From an uncultured Actinomycetota bacterium (GTDB lineage Bacteria > Actinomycetota > Actinomycetes > Actinomycetales > Dermatophilaceae), in NCBI GenBank assembly GCA_963776585.1, contig CAVZNA010000004.1, positions 229,390 through 293,389 of the forward strand: a stretch of DNA of 64,000 nt. The letters run 5' to 3'. The notes beneath the pieces are model-generated. The model was given only the letters and a program-made list of their open reading frames with translations. It was not told where the DNA came from and made no database searches. Below, one piece after another: positions 29,651 to 44,207 of the stretch (within the stretch, counting starts at the first letter, position 1; every line of letters starts with the position of its first letter). Made by a program: the position numbers and the translations under genes.

Positions 29651-31279
29651 ATGAGCGAGACGTCCGGCGGCGTGGTCCGCGAGCAGGGTGAGTTCGACTA
29701 CCAGCCCTCCGACCGGGAGCAGCCCAGGCCCGCGCGACGCACCTGGGTCTTCCGAGGCGCCGGCATCGCGCTCGCGCTCCTGGTCTACCTCGCGCTCGGC
29801 AGTGCCGACCTGTCGGCCGATGCCCGGGTGGTGGCCTCCGTCGGCGCCCTCATGGCCGTCTGGTGGATGACCGAGGCCGTGCCGCTGTCGGTGACCTCGC
29901 TGCTGCCGATCGTGCTCTTCCCGGTGCTCACCGAGACGTCCGTGGCCGACGCCACGGCGCCCTACGCCAACTCCATCGTCTTCCTCTTCCTCGGTGGCTT
30001 CCTCATCGCCATCGCGATGCAGAAGTGGAACCTGCACCGGCGGATCGCGCTGCTGACCCTGCGCCGGGTGGGCACCCACCCGCGGCAGATCATCCTCGGG
30101 ATGATGATCTCCACGGCGTTCCTGTCGATGTGGGTCTCCAACACCGCGACGACCCTGATGATGCTGCCGATCGCGCTGAGCGTCCTGGCGCTGGTGGTCG
30201 AGAGCAGCCACCGTGGCTCCGACGCCGCCGGTGCCGCTGCGGGTGAAGACGCCCGGGAGCGGCTGCACGCGGGTCACGCCGTCAGCGACATCGTCGAGGA
30301 CAAGGACGTGCGCATCTTCGGTGTCGCCCTGGTGCTCGCCATCGCCTGGTCGGCCTCGATCGGCGGGCTGGGCACCCTGCTGGGCTCGCCGCCCAACGCC
30401 ATCGTCGCGGGCTACATCAGCGACGAGCTGGGCGAGACCGTCGGCTTCGTCCAGTGGATGATGCTGGGCCTGCCCATCGTGGTCACGTTCATCGCCCTGG
30501 CCTGGCTGCTGATCACCCGGGTGATGTTCCGGTTCGACCTGGACGAGGTGCCCGGCGGCAAGCAGATGATCGACGGTGAGATCGCCAAGCTGGGGCCGAT
30601 GAGCAAGGGCGAGCGGACCGTCCTGGGGGTGTTCGTCGCTGCTGCCTTCTGCTGGATCGTGCCCGGCCTGCTGGCGAGCATCGGCGACATCGGCGAGCGG
30701 TTCGGCTGGCTCGAGCTGTTCGACGACACCGTGATCGCCATCGCTGCGGGCGTCCTGCTCTTCATCCTGCCCGGTGACAAGGACGGCCGGATGACCCTGG
30801 AGTGGGAGGACGCCGAGGAAGGCCTGCCCTGGGGCGTGCTGCTCCTCTTCGGCGGTGGCCTCAGCCTCGCCGCGGCCGTCGCCTCCACCGGCCTGGACGA
30901 GTGGTTCGGTCAGCAGGTGACCGGTCTCGGTGCGCTGCCGGTCATCCTGCTCATCGCCGCCGTCGTCACGATCGTGCTGCTGCTGACGGAGGTCACCAGC
31001 AACACGGCGACCGCCGCGACCTTCATCCCCGTGCTCGGCGGCGTGGCGCTGGGCATCGGGGTCGACCCGATGACCCTGCTCATCCCGGCGGCGCTCGCCG
31101 CGACCTGTGCGTTCATGCTCCCGGTGGGCACTCCGCCCAACGCCATCGTGTTCGGCACCGGAGCGGTCAAGATCACCGAGATGGCCCGTGGCGGCGCCGT
31201 GCTGAACGTGGCCGGCATCCTGCTCGTCACGGTCTTCACCGTGCTCATCGGACCGGTCGCGCTCGACCTGGTGATCTAG
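29651..31279 (+). CDS. DASS/SLC13 sodium:dicarboxylate symporter
   Basis: WWMTEAVP, SMWVSNTAT, GSPPNA, LTEVTSNTAT, AFMLPVGTPPNAIV. Confidence 0.93.
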   Translation: MSETSGGVVREQGEFDYQPSDREQPRPARRTWVFRGAGIALALLVYLALGSADLSADARVVASVGALMAVWWMTEAVPLSVTSLLPIVLFPVLTETSVADATAPYANSIVFLFLGGFLIAIAMQKWNLHRRIALLTLRRVGTHPRQIILGMMISTAFLSMWVSNTATTLMMLPIALSVLALVVESSHRGSDAAGAAAGEDARERLHAGHAVSDIVEDKDVRIFGVALVLAIAWSASIGGLGTLLGSPPNAIVAGYISDELGETVGFVQWMMLGLPIVVTFIALAWLLITRVMFRFDLDEVPGGKQMIDGEIAKLGPMSKGERTVLGVFVAAAFCWIVPGLLASIGDIGERFGWLELFDDTVIAIAAGVLLFILPGDKDGRMTLEWEDAEEGLPWGVLLLFGGGLSLAAAVASTGLDEWFGQQVTGLGALPVILLIAAVVTIVLLLTEVTSNTATAATFIPVLGGVALGIGVDPMTLLIPAALAATCAFMLPVGTPPNAIVFGTGAVKITEMARGGAVLNVAGILLVTVFTVLIGPVALDLVI

Positions 31280-31315
31280 CGGCTCCAGAGACCAGGAGCA
31301 CCGGGGCGGCTCGGG

Positions 31316-32599
31316 TCAGGCCCGCACGTCCCAGGGCATGTCGCGCATGATCTCGCGGGGCCGAGCCAGGGTCCAGAAGAAGACCAGCGAGGCACTGGTG
31401 CAGGCGACCATGATGACGGCCATGGGCACCGCGCTCGAGGCGCCGAACGCGCCGGAGATCGGCGAGATCAGCGCGCCGAAGACGAAGTTGCTGGCGCCCA
31501 GCACCGCCGCGGCGGAGCCCGCTCGGTCGCCGTGGTCGTTGAGCGCGATCACCGGCGAGTTGGGCATGATGAAGCCGACGACGCCCATCACACCGACGAC
31601 GCCGGCGGTCACCGCCCATACCCCCAGGTCGAGCAGCGAGGCGACCAGCAGGCTGCTGGACATCAGGACGGCAGTGGGCAGGGCCACGGTGAGGATGCGG
31701 GCGGGGTGGATGCGCTTGACCAGCGAGCCGTTGACCTGGCTCGCGATGGTCAGGGCGCCGGCACCCCCGGCGAAGACCAGGGCATACTGCTGGGTCGTCA
31801 TGCCGTAGAGGTCCTGGAAGATGAACGTGGCGCTGGAGATGTAGGCGAACAACGCGCCCATCGCCGTGGCGGCGGTGAGCACCAGGCCGACGTAGCGCCG
31901 GTCGCGCAGCAGCACGCCGTAGGAACGGAAGGCCGGCCCCGGGCCTCTGGCGGAGCGCCGCTCCAGGGGCAGGGTCTCCTTGGCGAAGGCGAAGGACAGG
32001 GCCACCAGTGCCAGCCCGAAGGCCGCCAGGCCCCAGAAGATGCTGCGCCACTCCCAGAAGACCAGGAACTGGGCACCCAGCGTCGGAGCGATGATCGGGG
32101 CGACGCCCACGATGAGGAAGAGCCGGGAGATGAACGTCGCCATCTGCGAGCCGCTGTAGAGGTCGCGCACCATGGCCTGGCTCAGCACCATGCCGGCGGC
32201 TGCCGTGAAGCCCTGCACGAAGCGCAGCACCAGCACGGCGGTGATGGTGTCGGTCAGGGCGATGGCCACGGAGGCCAGCACGTATGCCGACAGCGCCGCC
32301 ACCAGGGGGATCCGGCGGCCGACCGTGTCGGAGACGGCACCGAGGGTCAGCTGGCCGAGGGCCAGCCCCACCAGGGTGGCAGTGAGCGTCAGCTGCACCA
32401 CGGCCTCGGTGGTGCCGAAGTCGGCCACGACGGTCGGGAAGGCCGCGAGGTACATGTCGATGGTGAGCGGACCGATCCCGACGAGCGCTCCGAACAGGAG
32501 CAGACGGGACAGCATGCGGGGCTCGCGGCGCACGACCGCAGCCCCGCTGTCGGTGATGCCGACAGGCGGGGCCGCGGTCAAAGTTTCGGTAGTTGACAC
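31316..32599 (-). CDS. Bcr/CflA family multidrug MFS transporter
   Basis: GPLTIDMYL, VQLTLT, SDTVGRR, LRFVQG, VRDLYSG, KETLP. Start approximate (GTG). Confidence 0.9.
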   Translation of the reverse strand: MSTTETLTAAPPVGITDSGAAVVRREPRMLSRLLLFGALVGIGPLTIDMYLAAFPTVVADFGTTEAVVQLTLTATLVGLALGQLTLGAVSDTVGRRIPLVAALSAYVLASVAIALTDTITAVLVLRFVQGFTAAAGMVLSQAMVRDLYSGSQMATFISRLFLIVGVAPIIAPTLGAQFLVFWEWRSIFWGLAAFGLALVALSFAFAKETLPLERRSARGPGPAFRSYGVLLRDRRYVGLVLTAATAMGALFAYISSATFIFQDLYGMTTQQYALVFAGGAGALTIASQVNGSLVKRIHPARILTVALPTAVLMSSSLLVASLLDLGVWAVTAGVVGVMGVVGFIMPNSPVIALNDHGDRAGSAAAVLGASNFVFGALISPISGAFGASSAVPMAVIMVACTSASLVFFWTLARPREIMRDMPWDVRA

Positions 32600-32679
32600 G
32601 TCATGCACAAGGACGGCTGCGGGGTGGGGTATTCCGTGACCTCGCTCACGGGGCAGGCGCGCACGCCCACTCCACGACC

Positions 32680-33636
32680 TCAAGACGGGACGACCTCGGT
32701 CACCGGCTCCGCCTCGTGCGGCACCGGCAGGGGCCGCTCGTCGAGCTTGACGGCCACGACGCCGGCCAGGATGAAGAGCCCACCCAGTGCCTGGACGGGT
32801 GCGGGCAGCTCACCGAGCAGCACCCACGCGAAGAGCACGGCGAAGATGACCTCGCTGAGCCCCACGAAGGAGGCGAGCTTGGAGCCCAGGCGTCGGGTGG
32901 CCGCCACACCGAGGCCGTAGGCGACCGCCGCCGCGGCGAGGCCGAGCGCGAGGACGTCGACCCAGGCCGGCACGACCTGCCCGGCGAGCACGACCTCGAC
33001 CTGCAGGTCCGCCTCCCAGGCCATCACACCGGTGGCACCGGCAGCCGCGAGCACGAGCGCCCCGACAGCCAGGCCTCCGCTGGCGATCGCGATCGGTGGC
33101 ACCTCGACGGTCTCGTCACCGGAGATCACGAAGTAGCCGGCCAGGCCGGTGGCGGCCAGGAGTCCCCAGAGCACGCCGACCAGGTTGATGTCGAGGGCGC
33201 CGAAGACGTCGAGGACGAAGGCCAGGCCGACTGCGGCGAGCGCCGCACCCAGGAGGGTCAGCGGCCGGGGCCGCTCGCCGTGGCGCAGCCAGAGCCAGGC
33301 CACCACGAGGATGATCCCCAGATACTCCAGCAGCAGCGCGACGCTGACCGGGATGTACTGCACCGACTGGAAGTAGGCGAGCTGCGCCGTCGCGACGCCG
33401 AGGAGGCCGAAGAGGACGACCGCCGACCACCCCGTGCGCAGGGTGTGCCAGCGGCCGCGCATCACGTAGGCCGCGGGTCCGGCGAGCAGCAGCGCGCCGA
33501 GGGCCACGCGGGCGCAGACGGCGGCGGCAGGGCTCCAGCCCGCCTCGAGCAGGGGCTTGCCGAGAGCGCCGGAGCTGCCGAAGGTCAGTCCGGACAGGAG
33601 GGCAAGGATGAGGCCAGTGCGCAGCGTGCGGTCCAT
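32680..33636 (-). CDS. EamA/DMT family transporter
   Basis: FGSSGALGK, VALLLEY, ASFVGLSEV, LLGE; 10-TM pattern. Confidence 0.9.
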   Translation of the reverse strand: MDRTLRTGLILALLSGLTFGSSGALGKPLLEAGWSPAAAVCARVALGALLLAGPAAYVMRGRWHTLRTGWSAVVLFGLLGVATAQLAYFQSVQYIPVSVALLLEYLGIILVVAWLWLRHGERPRPLTLLGAALAAVGLAFVLDVFGALDINLVGVLWGLLAATGLAGYFVISGDETVEVPPIAIASGGLAVGALVLAAAGATGVMAWEADLQVEVVLAGQVVPAWVDVLALGLAAAAVAYGLGVAATRRLGSKLASFVGLSEVIFAVLFAWVLLGELPAPVQALGGLFILAGVVAVKLDERPLPVPHEAEPVTEVVPS

Positions 33637-33763
33637 GGCGGCGGTCCTCCCTTCGAGGGGTCGATGCTGGATGTCGGGTGCGAGGATCACCGGCGATCCT
33701 CGCGTCAGGTGTCATCAGCGGGTACAGTCATGACGCTACGTGACCCTGACGTCAGGAGTCAAC

Positions 33764-34294
33764 ATGGTCTTTGCTCATGACACAGAAGAGGCGCTGCGGG
33801 CTGCGGCCGCACTGGTGAACACCGCCGAGGACCCCGACTCGCTCACCACCACTGACGAGCTCGCCGGCTTCTACGCCGAGCTGGGGTGGAAGGGCAGGCG
33901 CGACGGGACAGCGCAGGAGCTGGCCGAGGTGCGCGCCCTGCGGCCGCGGTTGCGTCACCTGTGGACCGCCGACCTCGAGGAGCAGGTCGAGCAGGTCAAC
34001 ACCCTCCTGCGGGAGGCGCGGGCGCTGCCCCAGGTGGTGCGGCACGACGGCTTCGAGTGGCACCTGCATGCCACCACCCATGACGAGCCGCTCGCGACGC
34101 GCATGGCGGTCGAGGCTGCGATGGGGCTCGTCGACGTGCTGCGGATGGGGGAGACCGTGCGGCTGCGCGTGTGTGAGGCCGTGGAGTGCGACCGGGTGTT
34201 CGTGGACCTCTCACGCAACCGGTCTCGTCGATACTGCGATGTGACCTGCAGCAACCGGATGGCCGCGGCGGCATACCGAGCCCGGCAGACCTGA
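33764..34294 (+). CDS. CGNR zinc finger / ABATE domain regulator
   Basis: LVNT, WHLH, CEAVEC...DLSRNRSRRYC..CSNR; AGGAG RBS. Confidence 0.92.
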   Translation: MVFAHDTEEALRAAAALVNTAEDPDSLTTTDELAGFYAELGWKGRRDGTAQELAEVRALRPRLRHLWTADLEEQVEQVNTLLREARALPQVVRHDGFEWHLHATTHDEPLATRMAVEAAMGLVDVLRMGETVRLRVCEAVECDRVFVDLSRNRSRRYCDVTCSNRMAAAAYRARQT

Positions 34295-34307
34295 GGAGAG
34301 ATCGTTC

Positions 34308-35447
34308 GTGAACCCAGCGCACCAGGCCGGTGACAGACAGCCCGGCCATGCCCACGCCGACGCGCTGCACCCGGACAGCCGGGTGGTGGCCCTGGGCCGG
34401 CCGGACCGCGTGGCCGGAGGGTCGGTCAACGAGCCGGTGACGTTCACCTCCACCTATCTGGCGGACGGGCCCGTCACCTACGCGCGCGTCGGCAACCCCA
34501 CCTGGACGGCCCTCGAGGAGGTGCTGGGCGGCCTGGAGGGCGGGCAGGCGCTCGCCTTCGCCTCCGGGCTGGCCGCGATCTCGGCCGTGGTGGCCCAGGT
34601 GCCGCACGGCGGGGTGGTGGTCACACCGCGGCACGCCTACAGCGGCACCACCGCCCTGCTGGCGGACCTGGCCGCGTCCGCAGCGGTGCAGGTGCGCACG
34701 GTGGACCTGGACGACACCGGCCAGGTGATCGAGGCGCTCGAGGGTGCGGCGCTGCTCGTCGCCGAGTCGCCGACCAACCCGATGCTCGAGATCGCCGACA
34801 TGCCGGCGCTCGTCGGCGCCGCCCACGCGGCCGGCGCCGTGGTCATGTGCGACAACACCTTCGCCACGCCGATCCACCAGCAACCGCTGTCCTGGGGGGT
34901 GGACGTGGTGGTCCACTCGGTGACCAAGTACCTCGCCGGCCACTCGGACGTCGTGCTCGGAGCGGTGGTCACCCCGGACACTGCGGCAGGAGCAGCGCTG
35001 CATGCCCGGCTGCACGCACACCGCTCCAGCCGGGGCGCCATCCCGGGGCCGATGGAGGCCTGGCTGGCCCTGCGGGGCATCCGCACCCTCGCCCTGCGGG
35101 TCGAGCGCTCCGGCGAGACGGCCGCCGAGCTGGCCAGGCGACTGGGGTCGCACCCGGCGGTGAGCCGGGTGCGCTATCCCGGGTTCGGCGCCATCGTGGC
35201 CATCGAGGTGGTCGGCGGGGCGGAGGCCGCAGAGCGCGTCTGCGCCGCCACCACGCTGTGGACCCACGCGACGAGCCTGGGGGGCGTGGAGTCCCAGATC
35301 GAGCGCCGACGGCGGCACGCGGCGGAGGTCGCCAGCGTGCCCGAGGCCCTGCTCCGGCTCTCCGTGGGCATCGAGCACGTGGACGACCTCTGGCGTGACC
35401 TCAGCCGGGCCCTCGACGCGCTGGCCGCTGCCCCGACGCGCCCCTAG
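34308..35447 (+). CDS. PLP-dependent trans-sulfuration enzyme (cystathionine gamma-synthase-like)
   Basis: YARVGNPT, FASGLAA, ESPTNP, DNTFATP, HSVTKYLAGHSD, TSLGGVES, RLSVGIE. Confidence 0.92.
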   Translation: MNPAHQAGDRQPGHAHADALHPDSRVVALGRPDRVAGGSVNEPVTFTSTYLADGPVTYARVGNPTWTALEEVLGGLEGGQALAFASGLAAISAVVAQVPHGGVVVTPRHAYSGTTALLADLAASAAVQVRTVDLDDTGQVIEALEGAALLVAESPTNPMLEIADMPALVGAAHAAGAVVMCDNTFATPIHQQPLSWGVDVVVHSVTKYLAGHSDVVLGAVVTPDTAAGAALHARLHAHRSSRGAIPGPMEAWLALRGIRTLALRVERSGETAAELARRLGSHPAVSRVRYPGFGAIVAIEVVGGAEAAERVCAATTLWTHATSLGGVESQIERRRRHAAEVASVPEALLRLSVGIEHVDDLWRDLSRALDALAAAPTRP

Positions 35448-35457
35448 GGTGAGGGAC

Positions 35458-35742
35458 ATGCCGCTGTATGCCGTGGAGTACACCTACTCGGACGACGCCT
35501 CGGCCCGGGACGAGCACCGGCCGGCCCACCGGGAGTTCCTGGGTGCCCTCGCGCAGGAGGGGACCGTGCACCTGTCCGGGCCCCTGGAGTCCGAGCCCCC
35601 GGCCGCGCTGATCGTGGTCGAGGGCGATGGTGTCGAGTCGGTGCGCCAGCTGATGGGAGAGGACCCGTTCCAGCAGCAAGGACTGGTGACCACCGTCACC
35701 GTGCGAGCCTGGACGCCCGTGCTGGGGGACTGGCTGCCGTGA
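35458..35742 (+). CDS. YciI family protein
   Basis: RPAHREFL, SGPL, EDPF. Confidence 0.88.
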   Translation: MPLYAVEYTYSDDASARDEHRPAHREFLGALAQEGTVHLSGPLESEPPAALIVVEGDGVESVRQLMGEDPFQQQGLVTTVTVRAWTPVLGDWLP

Positions 35743-35801
35743 CGTCGTCGCAGGCCGGCGCCCGCTGACCGGCTCCCCCGCAGGCGGGGGCCCGGGGGGA
35801 T

Positions 35802-35939
35802 TTGGACCAGCCCCCGACCCCTGGTAACGTTGACCCTCGCCGCTGGAGCACAGTTCCACGGCACGCCGAAGCAGACCTCACCCACTCCAACAAGCGCGAC
35901 AGCGTGGATTTGGAGGGTGGGCGCGGGCTTGTGTAGGCT
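35802..35939 (+). promoter_or_regulatory. Tandem rRNA promoters
   Basis: TTGGAC-N17-TAACGT (35802-35830) and TTGGAG-N18-TAGGCT (35910-35939), both with extended -10 TG and both beginning GGATTTGGA. Confidence 0.65.
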
Positions 35940-36001
35940 GGAGAGGTTGCCCCGGATGGGAGCGTGCTGAATCAGCGCGGGTCCTGGCGGTGTGTGTCCG
36001 A

Positions 36002-36019
36002 TTCTTGAGAACTCAACAG
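36002..36019 (+). promoter_or_regulatory. boxA-like antitermination/processing element in the rRNA leader
   Basis: TTCTTGAGAACTCAACAG; second copy TGTTGAGAACTGCACAG at 38225-38241. Confidence 0.7.
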
Positions 36020-36213
36020 CGTGCCAAAAATTGATGCCAAGTTTGTTTGCCTGGGGCATTGGTCGTGTGCTGGTCCTGCTGTGGTGGGGTTGGTGTGTGG
36101 TTGGTGTTTCCGGGTTTTGAGTGGGCTGGCCGGGTCTGTCGTGGGCGCATGTTTGTGTGTTTGTGGTGGGTTTGGTTGGTTTGCTGGGTTTGGACCCTTT
36201 GTTAGGGATTTTT

Positions 36214-37743
<1,530 letters not shown>

Positions 37744-38261
37744 AGCACCTGGCTCGACCTGTTGGTGTCTGCCCGTTGGGGTGGGTGCTGGTGGGGTGCG
37801 GGCTGGTAGCGCCCTTTCGCGGACGAGTGTTCCGTGGGGGTTGCTCAGGGTGGAACATCGATTAGTTGGCTCACGCGTTGCGTGGGGCATGGCTAGTACG
37901 ACCATCACCTGGATGACAGGTGGTGGTGTGGAACGTCGGTCCTGGTGGCGGGTGGGCTTGGCACGTTGTTGGGTCCTGAGGGCTCGGCCGCGCACTCCCC
38001 CTTGGTGGGGGGTGGGTGGTTGGTGTTTTCAGACCACGGGTTGCCGGGAAGCTGTTCCTCCACGTTGGTGGGGGTGGGGCCAGTACGGTGGCTGTTGGTG
38101 GTGGGGCCCAGGTGGTGACCGGACCGCGCACTGAGCGTGCATGTCCTTGCCCTGTTTTTGCGGGGTGGGGGTGTGTGGGTGGGTGTGGGCTGGCGGTCAA
38201 GAGACATCTGGGTGGCCGGTCGTATGTTGAGAACTGCACAGTGGACGCGAGCATCTTTGTT

Positions 38262-41385
<3,124 letters not shown>

Positions 41386-41503
41386 CAACAAACATGCTAC
41401 GCGTCCACTGTGTGGTTCCCGAGATACGACCGGGAAACACAACACAACACCGCAACACGCGATGACGTGTCGACACATCCTGTGACCAACAGATCTCGAC
41501 AAC

Positions 41504-41621
41504 GTTACGGCGGCCATAGCGAAAGGGAAACGCCCGGTCACATTCCGAACCCGGAAGCTAAGCCTTTCAGCGCCGATGGTACTGCACTGGAGACGGTGTG
41601 GGAGAGTAGGACACCGCCGGA
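41504..41621 (+). rRNA. rrf: 5S rRNA
   Basis: GTTACGGCGGCCATAGC...CCGAACCCGGAAGCTAAG...GAGAGTAGGACACCGCCGGA. Confidence 0.97.
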
Positions 41622-41634
41622 CCACCATTACCCA

Positions 41635-41673
41635 CCAGCCCCGATGACCCCCACCAAGGGTCACCGGGGCTGG
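41635..41673. terminator. Terminator hairpin after the rRNA operon
   Basis: CCAGCCCCGATGACCC...GGGTCACCGGGGCTGG between 5S and convergent arcC. Confidence 0.7.
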
Positions 41674-41722
41674 CGGCATTTCCGGGTCATTCACGACGAC
41701 ACAGCCGCTGCCGGCGGTCCGC

Positions 41723-42643
41723 TCAGCGGTCCTCCGGCACCACGAACGTCCCTGCCGCGCCGGTCAGCAGCTGGTCGGCCTCGGCGAGGTTGCCGATAGC
41801 GGCGGCGGTGCCCCGGCCGCCGACCTCCACGAAGCGGCATACCGCCTCGACCTTCGGGCCCATCGAGCCGGCCGGCAGGTCGAGGGCGCGCAGCGCGGAC
41901 GGGGTGGTGCGCCCGATCGGGCGCGCCTGGTCGGTGCCGTACCCGTCGACGACGTTCTCCACGTCGGTGAGCACCAGCAGGCGGTCGGCCTTCAACCGGT
42001 GCGCCAGCACCGCCGCGGACAGGTCCTTGTCGATGACGGCTTCGACGCCCTTGAGGTCCCCGGTCTCGGTGCGGACCACAGGCACGCCTCCGCCGCCGGC
42101 GCAGACCACGATGATCCCTTCGTCGAGCAGGTGGTCGATCAGCTTGGTCTCGATGATCTCGCGGGGCCGCGGTGAGGGCACCACGCGCCGCCAGTGCCGG
42201 CCGTCGGCCTTCACCTGCCAGCCGTGCTTGGCCGCCATGGCCTTGGCCTCGTCCTCGGCGTAGACCTCGCCGACGAACTTCGTGGGGTCGTCGAAGGCCG
42301 GGTCGTGGGCGTCGACGAGCGTCTGGTTGATGATCGAGGCGAACTGGCGGTAGGGACGTTCGTTGCCGATGGCCTGCAGGATCCAGTAGCCGATCAGGCC
42401 CTGGGTCATGGCCCCGAGCGCGTCGAAGGGGTAGGACTTGGTCAGCCGTGGGTCGGCGGCGCTCTCCATCGCCAGCACGCCCACCTGCGGACCGTTGCCA
42501 TGGGTGATGACCACCTCGTGGTCGTCGGTCAGCGGTGCCAGGGCCCTCATCGCCAGCCGGATGTTGTCGGTCTGCGCCTCGGCGTCCGGCACCTGTCCGC
42601 GCTGCAGGAGGGCATTGCCACCGAGGGCCACCACGATTCTCAC
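41723..42643 (-). CDS. arcC: Carbamate kinase
   Basis: VVALGGNAL, THGNGPQVG, PTKFVG, RRVVPSP, GGGGVPV, EAVIDKD, GSMGPKV. Confidence 0.95.
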   Translation of the reverse strand: MRIVVALGGNALLQRGQVPDAEAQTDNIRLAMRALAPLTDDHEVVITHGNGPQVGVLAMESAADPRLTKSYPFDALGAMTQGLIGYWILQAIGNERPYRQFASIINQTLVDAHDPAFDDPTKFVGEVYAEDEAKAMAAKHGWQVKADGRHWRRVVPSPRPREIIETKLIDHLLDEGIIVVCAGGGGVPVVRTETGDLKGVEAVIDKDLSAAVLAHRLKADRLLVLTDVENVVDGYGTDQARPIGRTTPSALRALDLPAGSMGPKVEAVCRFVEVGGRGTAAAIGNLAEADQLLTGAAGTFVVPEDR

Positions 42644-42731
42644 AAGGGTGAGCGTATGCCGTGCCTCGCCAGGCTCCCAGGCTGCCCGGCCGGGACAGCC
42701 GCCTGGCAACGGAACCGTGGAGGATGGTGGC

Positions 42732-43316
42732 ATGCGGGCTTTCGTTGCGGTGGTGCCACCTCGCCAGGTGGTGGAGCATCTGGTGGAGCACGTCGAGCCC
42801 CGGCGGCTCGGGGGCGACCCGGGCGCCCACTGGCGTTGGACGCGCCCGGAGCACCTGCACCTCACGCTGGCGTTCCTGCCCGACCTGCCGGCCCACGCCG
42901 AGGAGCTACTCGTCCACGAGGTCGAGGACTGGGCCGGCCGGCACGCTCCCGCCGAGCTGCGTCTCGCCGGGGCGGGGGCCTTCCCCGACCCGTGGTCGGC
43001 GCGGGTGCTGTGGCTGGGCGTCGCGGACGACTCGGCTCAACGGGAGAGTCTGGCCCGCTGGGCGCGAGGTATCCGCGCGGTGGCGAGCCGAGCCGGGGTG
43101 CGGGTGCAGGGCCGGACGTTCCACCCGCATGTGACGCTGGCCCGGGCGCGGGGTGGCCGGGCGGCACCGGCGAGCCGCCTGGTGCAGGCGCTCGACCCCT
43201 ACGTCTCGCCCACCTGGACGGCCGAGGAGATCTGTCTGGTCGCCTCGCATCTCGGGCAGGGGCCCGGTGGCACGCCGCGCTATGAGGTGCAGCACCGGTG
43301 GGTGCTGCGCGCGTGA
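42732..43316 (+). CDS. thpR: RNA 2',3'-cyclic phosphodiesterase (2H family)
   Basis: MRAFVAV, HLTLAFL, GAFP, RVLWLG, PHVTLAR. Confidence 0.92.
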   Translation: MRAFVAVVPPRQVVEHLVEHVEPRRLGGDPGAHWRWTRPEHLHLTLAFLPDLPAHAEELLVHEVEDWAGRHAPAELRLAGAGAFPDPWSARVLWLGVADDSAQRESLARWARGIRAVASRAGVRVQGRTFHPHVTLARARGGRAAPASRLVQALDPYVSPTWTAEEICLVASHLGQGPGGTPRYEVQHRWVLRA

Positions 43317-43374
43317 TCGGCCCCCGCCCCGTAGCGTGGGCCATCGACCCCACCGCGACACGAGGAGACGACCC

Positions 43375-44040
43375 ATGGCACGCATCACACTCATCGGCGG
43401 ACACGGCAAGGTGGCTTTGCTGGCCACGCCGCTGCTCGTCGAGGCCGGTCACGAGGTGATCTCGGTCATCCGCAACCCCGACCACGCCGCCGAGGTCGCT
43501 GCCGCCGGCGCCCGGCCCCTCCATGCCGACATCGAGCACCTGGACCTGATGGGTTCGGGGCACCTGGTGTCCGGCAGCGACGTCGTCGTCTGGGCGGCCG
43601 GAGCCGGTGGCAGTGACCAGCGGCGGACGTATGCCGTGGACCGGGACGCCGCGATCCGCACCATCGACGCCGCGCAGGATGCCGGGGTCGGTCGCTGGGT
43701 CATGGTGTCCTACTTCGGCGCCGGCCCCGACCACGGTGTGCCGGAGGACAACGCCTTCTTCGCCTACGCCGAGGCGAAGGCAGCCGCCGACGAGCGGCTG
43801 CGCGGCAGCGAGCTCGACTGGACGATCCTGGGCCCCAGCGGGCTGACCGAGGACCCACCGACCGGCCGCATCGAGCTCGGCGGCGAGGGCGTGGAGGCCG
43901 GGAAGGTCAGCCGTGCCGACGTCGCCGCGGTGATCGCTGCCGTCGTCGACCGCTCGGACCTGGGCCGGACGACGATCGAGTTCAACAACGGTGACACCCC
44001 GATCGCCGAGGCGCTGGACACGGTCGCTGCCCACCGTTGA
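43375..44040 (+). CDS. Atypical SDR NAD(P)H-binding protein
   Basis: IGGHGKVA, WAAGAGG, VDRDAA, YAEAK, DWTILGP, VSRADVA. Confidence 0.9.
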   Translation: MARITLIGGHGKVALLATPLLVEAGHEVISVIRNPDHAAEVAAAGARPLHADIEHLDLMGSGHLVSGSDVVVWAAGAGGSDQRRTYAVDRDAAIRTIDAAQDAGVGRWVMVSYFGAGPDHGVPEDNAFFAYAEAKAAADERLRGSELDWTILGPSGLTEDPPTGRIELGGEGVEAGKVSRADVAAVIAAVVDRSDLGRTTIEFNNGDTPIAEALDTVAAHR

Positions 44041-44075
44041 CTCCCCGGTGCTGTGAAGTCCGGCGGGTGACGTCG

Positions 44076-44117
44076 TGTCTGGCAGGTGCCGTGCTGCAGC
44101 ACAGCACCTGCCAGACA
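44076..44117. repeat. 42-bp near-perfect palindrome
   Basis: TGTCTGGCAGGTGCCGTGCTG|CAGCACAGCACCTGCCAGACA, one mismatch. Confidence 0.85.
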
Positions 44118-44152
44118 GAGCGGCATCCAGGGGCCAGCGTTCACGGCGCCCG

Positions 44153-44207
44153 TGGCCGGGCGTCAGGCACCCTGGCCGGGCGTCAGGCGCCCGGGGTCAG
44201 CGTCAGG
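44153..44207. repeat. 20-bp-period direct repeats
   Basis: TGGCCGGGCGTCAGGC at 44153 and 44173; CGTCAGG again at 44201. Confidence 0.7.
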
